A DNA stretch of 64,000 nt from Andalucia godoyi And28 (taxonomy: Eukaryota > Protista > Jakobida): assembly GCA_009859145.1 (NCBI GenBank), contig VRVR01000027.1, forward strand, positions 257,974-321,973. The letters are read 5' to 3'. The notes beneath the pieces were generated by a model. It did no database searches and was not told the origin of the DNA. It saw only the letters and a list, made by a program, of their open reading frames with translations. Both the position numbers and the translations under genes were made by a program. Positions 22,220 to 31,946 of this stretch are shown piece by piece; position 1 is the stretch's first letter; every line of letters starts with the position of its first letter.

Positions 22220-23460
22220 TTCTTCAAGTGCTCAATCGCACTACCATATTTCCTTTGTGCTCGTAAACATGAAGCAATGTCATGCCGACGTGAAAGCGTC
22301 GCCGGATGCTCGGCACCCAGGACCTCCAATTCAGTTTCAAGAAGAGATTCCAACATCTCCAGCGTCGCATCATACTTGCTTTCGGACTGCAATGTCAGAG
22401 CTAAGCTGTTCCGCGATCGCAGTGTGTCCAGGTGTCTCGAACCGAAAACCCCCTCTTGAACAGCAATCAACGATTCAAGCTGTTCTCGTGCAACATCGTA
22501 GTGTCCGAGGTCGCGATGACACAGAGCAATGTCATGCCGACGTGAAAGCGTCGCCGGATGCTCGGCACCCAGGACCTCCAATTCAGTTTCAAGAAGAGAT
22601 TCCAACATCTCCAGCGCCGCATCATTCTTTCCGTCAAATTGCAATGTGTAGGCCAAATCTTCTCGCGAAAGTAGCGTGTCAGAATGAGTCACACCGAAAA
22701 CCAGCTCCTGAACAACAATCAACGATTCAAGCTGTTCTCGTGCAACATCATACTCTTCGAGGTCGCGATGACACAGAGCAATGTCATGCCGACGTGAAAG
22801 CGTCGCTGGATGCTCGGCACCCAGGACCTCCAATTCAGCCTCAAGAAGAGATTCCAACATCTCCAGCGCCGCATCATACTTGCTTTCGGACTGCAATGTC
22901 AGAGCTAAGCTGTTCCGCGATCGCAGTGTGTCCAGGTGTCTCGAACCGAAAACCCCCTCTTGAACAGCAATCAACGATTCAAGCTGTTCTCGTGCAACAC
23001 CGTAGTGTCCGAGGCTGCGATGACAAGCAGCAATGTTGCTTCGACATGTGAGAGTAATTGGGTGCTCAGCACCCAGAACCTCGATTACAATCTCAAGAAG
23101 AGATTCCAACATCTTCAGCGCTGCATCATACTTGCCTTCAGACTGCAATATCAGAGCCAAGTCGATGCGCGATCGCAGTGTGTCCAGGTGTCTCGAACCG
23201 AAAACCCCCTCTTGAACAGCAATCAACGATTCAAGCTGTTCTCGTGCAACATCGTAGTGTCCGAGGCTGCGATGACAAACAGCAATGTTGCTTCGACATG
23301 CGAGTGTCACTGCACGATCAGCACCCAGAACCTCGATTACAATCTCAAGAAGAGATTCCAACATCTCCAGCGCCGCATCATACTTGCCTTCGGACTGCAA
23401 TATCAGAGCCAACTCGATCCGCGATCGCAGGGTTCTAGGGTGTTTAATGCCAAGCATCTT
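22216..23460 (-). repeat. Highly conserved coding tandem repeat: about five A-B dimers of 126-bp units (252-bp period)
   Basis: Near-identical DNA blocks recur every 252 bp (e.g. aacagcaatcaacgattcaagctgttctcgtgcaac), encoding alternating TPR types. Confidence 0.9.
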
Positions 23461-25809
23461 CTCTTGCATCGAAACAACATATTTGAATTGTTCAATAGCT
23501 TCCGAATGCTTTCCAATAAAATGAAAACATTGTGCAATGTTAGCCCGCACTTCCAGCGTCTTCAAGTCTTCCTCGCCGAAACTCTCGATGTTCATTTTCA
23601 AAACGGATTGAAACATTGAAAGTGCGTCTTCGCACTTTCCTTGATGAAGAAGACATAAACCCAGATTGTTCCTTATAGAATCAACTGTGACATTCTGGTT
23701 TGTTCCTGTCAATGACCGCTCCAACACACCACTCAGGAGCGGAACGACAGGTTTCAGCTGACCAAGATCAGACAAACAGCTTGCGACTTTGCATACAAGA
23801 TTTGTGCCCAGACCTTCCTTCAAAAGCGACGACACGCATTCCAAAGGGAATAATCTGACAACACACGCACTGTGATTTCCACGACGAAGGCCAGATACTA
23901 AGTGACAACAATGTTCAAAATAGTCGGGCGTATTATTTCCAAACATTTCTTCAAAAATAAGCAGAGTATGTTCCCGGGACGAAGCTAGCCGTCTCGCATC
24001 ACTCGGAGACGTGTATATGGCAAGATGTGGACGGCAACTAGTTCGAATGGCATTGGCCACGTGAAACGCGGTCGGCCTACGCGGGAAATCGCGAGACAGA
24101 ATTCGCTCCATTACTCGTAACCACACACAATCAACGAATTCTAAAAGGTTCTCAGAAATCCCTGAACATCGAAATGAATCTTGCCATTTCTCAAAAGAAC
24201 TCGAAGAGTCGTCATCCAAACGAGCATTCTGAGGATGAAGCAACCACGACAAAACCAATCCTAGAGAAAAAACATCGGATGCGGTAGTGGATTTTTCATA
24301 TCGTTGTTGTTCCGGACTGTTCCATCCTGGCGTTCCCAACACAGGCTTCGCAGTCTTCTCAACTTGAGCAAGGCCAAAATCACACAGGCACACATGCATC
24401 GAACGGATGGCATCGACACACTTGGAATCGCAAATTTCAACGATACCCTTCTCGATGTTTTCATGAATCCATAATTCATGAGACACAAGCACGTTTTCTG
24501 GTTTCAAGTCAAGATGCATGTACTCCAGAGAGTGCATGTATCCAACAGCAGAAGCAATCTGAGAAGCCACATGACGACAAACAAGTAACATCTCGCGCGG
24601 TGATGACATCCATCGCGTCGACCAGTCTGTGGATGAAATGTAGTCCTTCAATGAACCATGATCAAAGTACTCTGTAAACACTGCTCCGTCGTGAGCAAAA
24701 ACAATTGGTGCAATATGCGAATGACCATCTAAAGCACTCCATGTAGTTTCTTCCACGTGCTGAACATCAGGATGGCATGACACCTTACAGGCAAACATTT
24801 TTTTCTGTGATCCGAGAAGCACGCGATACACCGCCCCGCATCCACCTACCCCGATGCAGTCCAAGACTTCCATGAGCGACTGCCCGTCAGAATGACGACA
24901 GAGCGTTTGCATCAGATTCTCCATCTTCTCGTGTGCATACATCAACGGCAAACGAGTGCGGATGGAGAGCTCCAAGAAAGAAACTCGGCCCTTCGCACAC
25001 GAATTCCAGGTCCAACTTAGCAACACCACACAGCAACAAGCACTGACATCTGTGCAATAGGCGTATACAGGTGGTACGCTTTTCTGCTTGGAAATCTGCA
25101 ACTCCAAACAGTAAAGCTGTGGCGTATTGGTAGTAGTACAAGATGCACAATCCGAAATTACTGTTCGGAAATCGTCATGAGATCCAACACCGTGAAGAGA
25201 AAACTTTCCAAAACATGCAGAAGCTTCCATAGAGCGATCCACTGATTTGCGATTAAATCCGTTGACCGATAACGCATTGGACAATTGTAAGATTGTGGAC
25301 TTTCCCATGCCGCCACGGCTCAGCAAGCCTTCCTCATCTGATTTACGGACACAATAGCACATCAAAGGTTTGTGCAGTCGTATTTCATGATTCGCATCAT
25401 ATTTCCAATGACGCAGAGCAGTGCAAGAACTGAACGCAGACAAAGAAAGGTCTTTAAATTCTGAGTCCAAAACACACCATGGCTCTTCAATTCCGACAAC
25501 CCCCCAAAATAATTTAGACGACCATTTCAGAATACTGTCCTTGATCTGAGAAACATCATCTGCGGATATTGCCTCTTGTCCTGAAACCGAAATGCAAAAC
25601 AGTCTCACCACAGGAGTCGTTTCATTTCCTGTCTCGTTCCGTGGCCAAAGCTTTGCCAGTCGTCGATCATCAGGTGTCAATTGCGTATACAGTGTACATA
25701 AAATCGGATACACTCTTATAACTGCCGACGACCATGAACTCGGGATACCAAACGACAATTCCTTGAGTCGAAGTTGCGAAAGTGGAATTTCCAGTGAATG
25801 GTCAAGCAT
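22216..25809 (-). CDS. Ser/Thr protein kinase with a C-terminal TPR array
   Basis: Kinase motifs IGVGGCGAVY, FACK, HLDLKPENVL, DFGLA, GTPGWNSPE, SDVFSLG, followed by many 42-aa HPxTL-type TPRs. The first ~320 aa are unrecognised. Confidence 0.9.
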   Translation of the reverse strand: MLDHSLEIPLSQLRLKELSFGIPSSWSSAVIRVYPILCTLYTQLTPDDRRLAKLWPRNETGNETTPVVRLFCISVSGQEAISADDVSQIKDSILKWSSKLFWGVVGIEEPWCVLDSEFKDLSLSAFSSCTALRHWKYDANHEIRLHKPLMCYCVRKSDEEGLLSRGGMGKSTILQLSNALSVNGFNRKSVDRSMEASACFGKFSLHGVGSHDDFRTVISDCASCTTTNTPQLYCLELQISKQKSVPPVYAYCTDVSACCCVVLLSWTWNSCAKGRVSFLELSIRTRLPLMYAHEKMENLMQTLCRHSDGQSLMEVLDCIGVGGCGAVYRVLLGSQKKMFACKVSCHPDVQHVEETTWSALDGHSHIAPIVFAHDGAVFTEYFDHGSLKDYISSTDWSTRWMSSPREMLLVCRHVASQIASAVGYMHSLEYMHLDLKPENVLVSHELWIHENIEKGIVEICDSKCVDAIRSMHVCLCDFGLAQVEKTAKPVLGTPGWNSPEQQRYEKSTTASDVFSLGLVLSWLLHPQNARLDDDSSSSFEKWQDSFRCSGISENLLEFVDCVWLRVMERILSRDFPRRPTAFHVANAIRTSCRPHLAIYTSPSDARRLASSREHTLLIFEEMFGNNTPDYFEHCCHLVSGLRRGNHSACVVRLFPLECVSSLLKEGLGTNLVCKVASCLSDLGQLKPVVPLLSGVLERSLTGTNQNVTVDSIRNNLGLCLLHQGKCEDALSMFQSVLKMNIESFGEEDLKTLEVRANIAQCFHFIGKHSEAIEQFKYVVSMQEKMLGIKHPRTLRSRIELALILQSEGKYDAALEMLESLLEIVIEVLGADRAVTLACRSNIAVCHRSLGHYDVAREQLESLIAVQEGVFGSRHLDTLRSRIDLALILQSEGKYDAALKMLESLLEIVIEVLGAEHPITLTCRSNIAACHRSLGHYGVAREQLESLIAVQEGVFGSRHLDTLRSRNSLALTLQSESKYDAALEMLESLLEAELEVLGAEHPATLSRRHDIALCHRDLEEYDVAREQLESLIVVQELVFGVTHSDTLLSREDLAYTLQFDGKNDAALEMLESLLETELEVLGAEHPATLSRRHDIALCHRDLGHYDVAREQLESLIAVQEGVFGSRHLDTLRSRNSLALTLQSESKYDATLEMLESLLETELEVLGAEHPATLSRRHDIASCLRAQRKYGSAIEHLKN

Positions 25810-25919
25810 TGCAGGGTCGTTGAACAGGATTAACAGGAAAACTCATCGCGGAAAAGAATTCCGCACCTCAGAAGCCGAGATCACCGGAAATTCAGAAAAG
25901 CGGTTTCGGATGACATGAC

Positions 25920-28900
25920 ATGTCAGCTCAAAAAGCAATGCCAGCCCGGGTCCCAAATTTCAAGTCTGCACCAGAAGTTCGCTTTTGCGTTTCTTTTCAC
26001 CGTTTCTACGAATTCAAACGTTCCAATATGCTTCCAGTTCTGTTTGATCTTGAGAACACTCTTATTGTTCCTACCAAAAATGAACGATGGCTATCACTTT
26101 CTTCGTGTTGGATGACAAGTCCTGTTCTTGACGCCAAACAATTGCTAAATCTGATTCACAAACATCTGGACAGTGATGAGTCGGTTGTCTTTTTAGGATT
26201 ATGGAGTACTGCTCGCCAGGAGTCTTTGTTCACAGCTGATGATTTCGAGCGTAGAAAATGCCCAGAGATTCAGGAGCATCTTTCTCAATTCGACGAACTT
26301 CTTGTTCTCATTGTTCCTGACTATGTCCGTCCATTTGTGGATAATGTCATTCTTCATCGCAACATTGTGGAATTAGGTTTGCGCGGAGTTAATCCAGTGA
26401 ATCCAGATTCACGGACGAGGTATCACGACAAGTACTCAATGTTATCCAAGGAAAACACTCAATCCTTGGGGTGGGCATCAAAGTCGTTGCTGCATGAATG
26501 TCAAGCGAGCGTTTCTGAAATCGCTTGTGATTGGATGTTCCAGTTTGAACAAATCAATTTGTGGAGGTTTGATCGCTGTCTCTCTTTACTGGGAGACGAT
26601 GATTCTAGTAATGCAATCTCAAAGGTGTTAAAAGAGGATTTGAACGTCCACATTCAAATTTCCCCTTCGTATACGACTTTGAACAGGCCATCACTTTTTG
26701 GATTTCTTTTTTCGCCGCTAAGCGCGTTTGGACCAGATTCTGCCCAGGAGCCAGTATTCGGCGCAACTTTCGATAATGAAGGCAAGAAATTTGTTGTTGG
26801 ATGTTTTTTACATCACGAGGGTTGCGAAGACTCTGAAATTGGCACGTTCGGCAATTTACACCCTTTTGAGAACTCTTCGCTTGAATTTCATTTTACAAAT
26901 GGTGCATTGCGGGTGCGTGGGTTGACAATTGCAGAGATTATTGTTGATGAAAATACCAACCATGTGGCACCAACCAACCAGCGTACGTTCTGTCTGCACC
27001 ATGTACAAATTGAAGTCGACGGAACCATGGTTCTCTGGTTTCGCTGGGGCTCACGGATTCTTCTGTGTCTATCTTTGAGACACATAGAGGGCGAATTGAA
27101 GGAAGTGAGATACAGTCTGTGGACTCTTGATAGTGATACAGGTCAGCGCAACGTCTCACTTGGTTGTGCATCTGTTACATGGTCGTCGCAGAAAGGTTTT
27201 GCGATACTTCCTTCCGACTATTTTAGTCTCCGAAACGGAGTTTCTGTCAGCCTTACGGATGTTCGTCGTTTCCCCGACTTCCAGGTTGTGTCTGCTGGAA
27301 TCCGAATGTGTCTCGGGAGCCATTCATCATATGAATGTATGCATGGTTCACAGTCTTTTACGTCTTTGGCCAACTGCGACTGCGGTGAGATATTATTGTT
27401 TGAGCGATCTTCTCATGCGTGCATTGCGAACTTTATCGGACGCATTCGATCTGGTCGCTTGGTGTCCGACGAAGACTGTCGTGAATTATGGATGGAACAC
27501 AACGCTACAATGGAGGGTCGTTTTGTGGACGAGCTTCCGTCAGGAATCATGAAATTGACAATCTGCGGAAATGTGGAATACGCTACCTATCGCAACGGCC
27601 GCATCGTGGAAGAAATCATATCATTGAGCGAGCGATATGCTGCCTTTATCCAGCAGTTGCGGGATCTGTTCTCGACCGATGAGATCTTTCTAGATGAGAA
27701 TGAGAGCTCTCTTTTGATGGTTCTTCATGGTGGCCTGCCAGTGTGCTTGTTTTGTGTTCGGTGTGTGATAGGGAGCGGTGCTGAAGCAGTTGTGTATCGA
27801 GGTCTCACCCTGCACCACGGTCCCGTTGCTGTGAAGATCTTCCGTCGGTCCATCGGCGATGGAACCGAAGAGGCAAAAACTCAACAATTCTTTTCTGACC
27901 AAATGGACCATTTGGGAGAGGAAGAGTTATTTGGCCGTATTCCTCGGCAGTCGACTGGCCAGTTTCCTAGTTTGGTTCGAGTCTTGTACATTGGAGCTGT
28001 AGATTCCGGAAGGAGTGTCGGAAGTGTTTTGCAGCAAGAGAGCGCTCTTGTTATGTCTTATTATCCTGAAGGAGATGTATTCGGAAAGAATCGACGGATT
28101 CAGGAGAATCTGTCGCCCAGATTATTGTTTCACCAGCTGAATCTCCTTGCCAGCACTGTCGCTGCACTTCATGAGGCACAGTTAATTCATCGCGATATCA
28201 AGCCGAGCAACATCTTGTTGAATAACAATGGATCGAGCGGTTCTTACTCCTTTTGTCTCACAGATTTTGGAATTTCTTCCGTTCGTTTGGAGGCGCAAAC
28301 GTACGTCGATTCCAGTGCAAATCCGAACTATCCACTTGGATCTCCTTGGTGGCGACCTCCCGAATTCGTGCACCAACCAGCGTTGCGGACGCCCCGTTCG
28401 GATGTCTTCAGTCTCGGATGGACTATGTTGTACCTCGCGCAAGTACAACGAATGGGTATGACCAGCGAGTATTTGCAGCATGCCTGTCAAGTTTCTTCAG
28501 CCTTGAATTCTGATCTATTCTCTTCTGGGGACGAGAATGAGTACTTTACTTATTCGGAAATGGTAAATAGAGACTTGCAGTCGTTGCGGGATGGTCATAT
28601 TCAGACTCACTTGCGAACAGATGTTCATTCGACGACGACGTCCCGCATCTTGTTTTCCCATCTTCTGAGTCGAATGGTAGCATATGATTACACTGACCGT
28701 TTGAAAATGAAAGGTGTTGTGATGCATCCTTTCTTTTGGAGCGCAAGCCAGTGTGTACAATTTGTTGTTGACGTTGCTCAGCCGTTAGCAGATTTGTTTC
28801 GAGAAGTTCAAGGCATTGAAGGCTTACATTACCAGAATTTCGAACATGCGCACAGTTCCTTTGCGTTGAATCACTTTTTGAGGCACACCGTGTCACCGTC

Positions 28901-29372
28901 TTCCATGCTTCCTTTTTCGTCGCCAGGTCAGCGATCATCACCAGATTCTATGATGTTAGAATCAATGTTGGATGTCATTTCGTTTGAACAGGCGTTAATG
29001 GAATACTGTGTCCATCCCAAGAACAATTATTCCGTGTACAAGCGCCTGTGCCAGCATGGACGGATGTGTGTCTTTTTCGTTTTACGTTTCATCCGTAACT
29101 TAGCATGCCATACCCCGCTGCTATCACGAGTTTTCCGTCAAGATGCGTGTCATCGATATGAGAGTCACACTCTTGTGTATCTTTTACTTAGCCAGAGTGG
29201 AAAGAATGGAGACCTATTCGGTCGTATTGTTGAAATTGTCAGTGAACTGTCGATGATCTTGTTGGAAAACGAGAGTCAGTTGACATTGACAGATCGTCAG
29301 ATCTTTAAATCTCTTCAAGCTTGCGGATTTCTTCCAAAATCTGATCCCGACGAATTTCTCGAGCATCGTTGA
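25920..29372 (+). CDS. Protein kinase plus KEN ribonuclease domain (Ire1/RNase L-like C-terminus) with an uncharacterised ~600-aa N-terminus
   Basis: Kinase: IGSGAEAVVY, VAVKIF, HRDIKPSNILL, DFGIS, GSPWWRPPE, SDVFSLG. Then HPFFWS...QFVVDV and LRFIRNLACH, resembling the Ire1 HPFFW..LxFLxDVS and LLRxxRNKxHH motifs. No signal peptide, TM segment or ankyrins recognised. Confidence 0.82.
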   Translation: MSAQKAMPARVPNFKSAPEVRFCVSFHRFYEFKRSNMLPVLFDLENTLIVPTKNERWLSLSSCWMTSPVLDAKQLLNLIHKHLDSDESVVFLGLWSTARQESLFTADDFERRKCPEIQEHLSQFDELLVLIVPDYVRPFVDNVILHRNIVELGLRGVNPVNPDSRTRYHDKYSMLSKENTQSLGWASKSLLHECQASVSEIACDWMFQFEQINLWRFDRCLSLLGDDDSSNAISKVLKEDLNVHIQISPSYTTLNRPSLFGFLFSPLSAFGPDSAQEPVFGATFDNEGKKFVVGCFLHHEGCEDSEIGTFGNLHPFENSSLEFHFTNGALRVRGLTIAEIIVDENTNHVAPTNQRTFCLHHVQIEVDGTMVLWFRWGSRILLCLSLRHIEGELKEVRYSLWTLDSDTGQRNVSLGCASVTWSSQKGFAILPSDYFSLRNGVSVSLTDVRRFPDFQVVSAGIRMCLGSHSSYECMHGSQSFTSLANCDCGEILLFERSSHACIANFIGRIRSGRLVSDEDCRELWMEHNATMEGRFVDELPSGIMKLTICGNVEYATYRNGRIVEEIISLSERYAAFIQQLRDLFSTDEIFLDENESSLLMVLHGGLPVCLFCVRCVIGSGAEAVVYRGLTLHHGPVAVKIFRRSIGDGTEEAKTQQFFSDQMDHLGEEELFGRIPRQSTGQFPSLVRVLYIGAVDSGRSVGSVLQQESALVMSYYPEGDVFGKNRRIQENLSPRLLFHQLNLLASTVAALHEAQLIHRDIKPSNILLNNNGSSGSYSFCLTDFGISSVRLEAQTYVDSSANPNYPLGSPWWRPPEFVHQPALRTPRSDVFSLGWTMLYLAQVQRMGMTSEYLQHACQVSSALNSDLFSSGDENEYFTYSEMVNRDLQSLRDGHIQTHLRTDVHSTTTSRILFSHLLSRMVAYDYTDRLKMKGVVMHPFFWSASQCVQFVVDVAQPLADLFREVQGIEGLHYQNFEHAHSSFALNHFLRHTVSPSSMLPFSSPGQRSSPDSMMLESMLDVISFEQALMEYCVHPKNNYSVYKRLCQHGRMCVFFVLRFIRNLACHTPLLSRVFRQDACHRYESHTLVYLLLSQSGKNGDLFGRIVEIVSELSMILLENESQLTLTDRQIFKSLQACGFLPKSDPDEFLEHR

Positions 29373-29499
29373 AATGTTGTTTTGCTCAACGTTCTTCAGC
29401 ATCTTCTTTCTTTTTAAAAAAGGAAAACGTCTGTTTTCGTGTTTTAAGTTCAAATTCGGACTTCGCTGCGATGATTAAGAATGCTTGAAGTCTTCAGAA

Positions 29500-30143
29500 T
29501 GATTGCAGTTGTTTCTCACGTAAAAACCTTCAGTATTTCTTGTTCGATATGCTACCTCAATGCAATGAAGGGTGAAGTCGTTCACATGGTTTGCAGGCAC
29601 AGCAGGAATGTCATAAACGTAGTATTGATTTCGCAATTCAAATCTTTGGATGTTAAGAACGGAATTTTGCCACCTTCTTGACAAAATGAAAAATCACGAA
29701 AAGTCGCAGCAGCATCGTGTTCGTCAAGAAACCGAAGGGAATGGAAACAAGTGTGAAACTCAGAGCTTTTCAACCGACTGGCATGCAATTTGGAACAGAA
29801 GCCGAAGATGATGATCCAGTTTGTGGATGAATGCAGCAGATCGAATCCAAAATGTGTCCAAGATTACTCCGAATTGACAATGATCGATTGTCTCATAGTC
29901 GAACGTCGGACAGAAATTCGACAACGAATGATAGTGGATCAGCTATGTTGGCTTTGACCGGGAGTGCAGAATACGGTGCATCCGAGCTCCTTTCTTCGAA
30001 GAGACAACATGGTGCACCAGTTGCGAAATCACAGCATCCTTATAATCACGGTTATTGGAAAACAGAAGGTGGCGTCCGATGTGCCTGGGAATTCGTTCAT
30101 CTGTATCAAACGGGATGTCAAAAAGGAGCAGATTAACATCCAT
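29500..30143 (-). pseudogene. Possible decayed gene of unknown family
   Basis: Protein-like frame MDVNLL...SKPT*LIHYH...VEKL* continues through an internal stop. No family recognised. Confidence 0.25.
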
Positions 30144-30535
30144 CTCATATCATTTAATTGGCTGCCATTCTCAAACGACACATCTATGAACATGTTTTCG
30201 GTTTATTTCAATCGTCTTCAGCATTCTGCAGATTCCTGGTCATTGCCTTTCGTTAGGAAAGGAAGCAGCTTTACGTTAGTATCATAGAGAAAAGAACAAA
30301 ATGTGTGACACTGATGCTTAAAAACTCAAAGAAAACAGAGATTGTACGTCTTTCCGGGCAATATGACACGTATGATACCCGCGTCACATTTTCTGAGGAA
30401 TGCCTGCAGCGTGCGGCATCTTTGTCACGGAGAACAAAGTTATCGTACACTCCGGAATCTCGTCGATGGCCTTACTGATACAACGCCGAGCAGTTCCCAG
30501 GTTTGCATCATCAAGGAGACGGATTGCAACGTTGA

Positions 30536-31129
30536 TCACAACGGAGAGTGACGGTGGGACTTCCTGCCACCGTTCTTCGCAGAGCAAGAATCAGAAGCGG
30601 CCACAGTAGGATCGACGAGTGGCGCACCGTAGCTGGACTCGGGATCGACCTCAGGAGCTCTCTTGTCCTCGAATGACATTGATGCACCACCATCACGGTT
30701 GGGCGGTGCTGTTTCTGCGAGATTGCCCGCGAGACGGTTCCGCGACTCACGGTCCTGCGCCAATTCCGTCTCCGATTCGATCTCGGACTCTGAAGCCGAC
30801 GATCCGTCGTCTTCCTGCTGCGCATGGTTGAGCTCACACTTCTTCAAGGCAGAAAGAGGCGTGCATTCCTTGGGAAGGCCAGAAGCGGCGTTTGAAGGGC
30901 CGTTGGCTGGCTTCGCCTTCTTGGATGGATTGGCATCCATCTTGTTAGAAATTTCGTCGAAATTATGCTTGATTGAACGTGGAAGCAACTTGGAGTCTTC
31001 AGCAAGATTTCCAGCTTCGACTGCGGCTATGTTGGAGGAAGACGCAGACGGAGAGATGCTGCGGAGTTCCTGAGCGGTTGCCAACGTTTGGCTTCGCGGA
31101 GACTTCACGGCGGTGACTTGTTCAGACAT
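30536..31129 (-). CDS. Low-complexity Ser/Glu/Ala-rich hypothetical protein; may continue by frameshift into 30384-30587
   Basis: ATG at 31129 (MSEQVTAV), preceded by a pyrimidine-rich leader; disordered composition. Confidence 0.55.
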   Translation of the reverse strand: MSEQVTAVKSPRSQTLATAQELRSISPSASSSNIAAVEAGNLAEDSKLLPRSIKHNFDEISNKMDANPSKKAKPANGPSNAASGLPKECTPLSALKKCELNHAQQEDDGSSASESEIESETELAQDRESRNRLAGNLAETAPPNRDGGASMSFEDKRAPEVDPESSYGAPLVDPTVAASDSCSAKNGGRKSHRHSPL

Positions 31130-31687
31130 CAGGATTCTGCAGTTACTTTTCGAGAAGAAATAAGAGGGGAAAGAAGTTGGCAGACTCAGTGAGAAGAGAA
31201 AAAGAAGAAAAAAAAGAAAAAACAAGATGATGGAACAGCTTTATGATCTTCAGAACCTCGTTCAAATTCTTTTTCGTCGCCAAGTCTTCCGAGTCATGCG
31301 AATGCGAGCAGATCTCCGTTGCTCATCCTAATATGGAATGTGCAATGCATGCGAATCTTCTGCAAACGGAATCCTTCGGAGCACAGTTTGGAGTCGCTGT
31401 TACGACGGCTTTCATCGGTTACTGTAAAGACCCGGCCAACGTTCGTTCTCTGTTCTTTCGTTCGCTTTTTCATCATTCGAACATAATCCTGCTTATAAAT
31501 CACTCCAAAGTATTCCATCAAAGTCGTGTATCCTTGTGTTTCATCGAAGCTCGGCCTACAGAGGATTGCAGTGCATGGTCCAGACGATGAGGTCGTACTT
31601 ACAACTTCGAAGTTGCCCGCGTTGATTTCTTGAGGGCTGGACGAAGAGTCAAAGATCTCGTCTGTTTCATCGGATTCATGGTATTCT

Positions 31688-31800
31688 GTGAAGATGTATG
31701 TCATCGGTTCGAGAGCCACACTCTCATGTATCTCCTGCTCAGTCAATGTGGGAACAGCAGGGACGTCTTTGGTCGTGTTACTGTCAATTTATTCAGCATA
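31688..31800 (+). pseudogene. Diverged orphan fragment of the KEN-region C-terminus
   Basis: EDVCHRFESHTLMYLLLSQCGNSRDVFGRV aligns with QDACHRYESHTLVYLLLSQSGKNGDLFGRI of 25920-29372; the DNA similarity is also visible. Confidence 0.8.
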
Positions 31801-31946
31801 TCAAAACAGAAGAAGCAAGCATTTTCTTCAGCAGTGGAACGTTGGCGGCATTTCCAGCGCCTTAATCGATACTTGTCCGTTTGTGTGCCACAAGAATTGC
31901 AGCTGCAGCTTAGAAAGACACATTCCCCGAAAGACTTCTCGAAATC

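Noticed and set aside
22173-23619. Plus-strand ORFs of 292, 227 and 126 aa
   Set aside because: Antisense shadows of the TPR repeat region.
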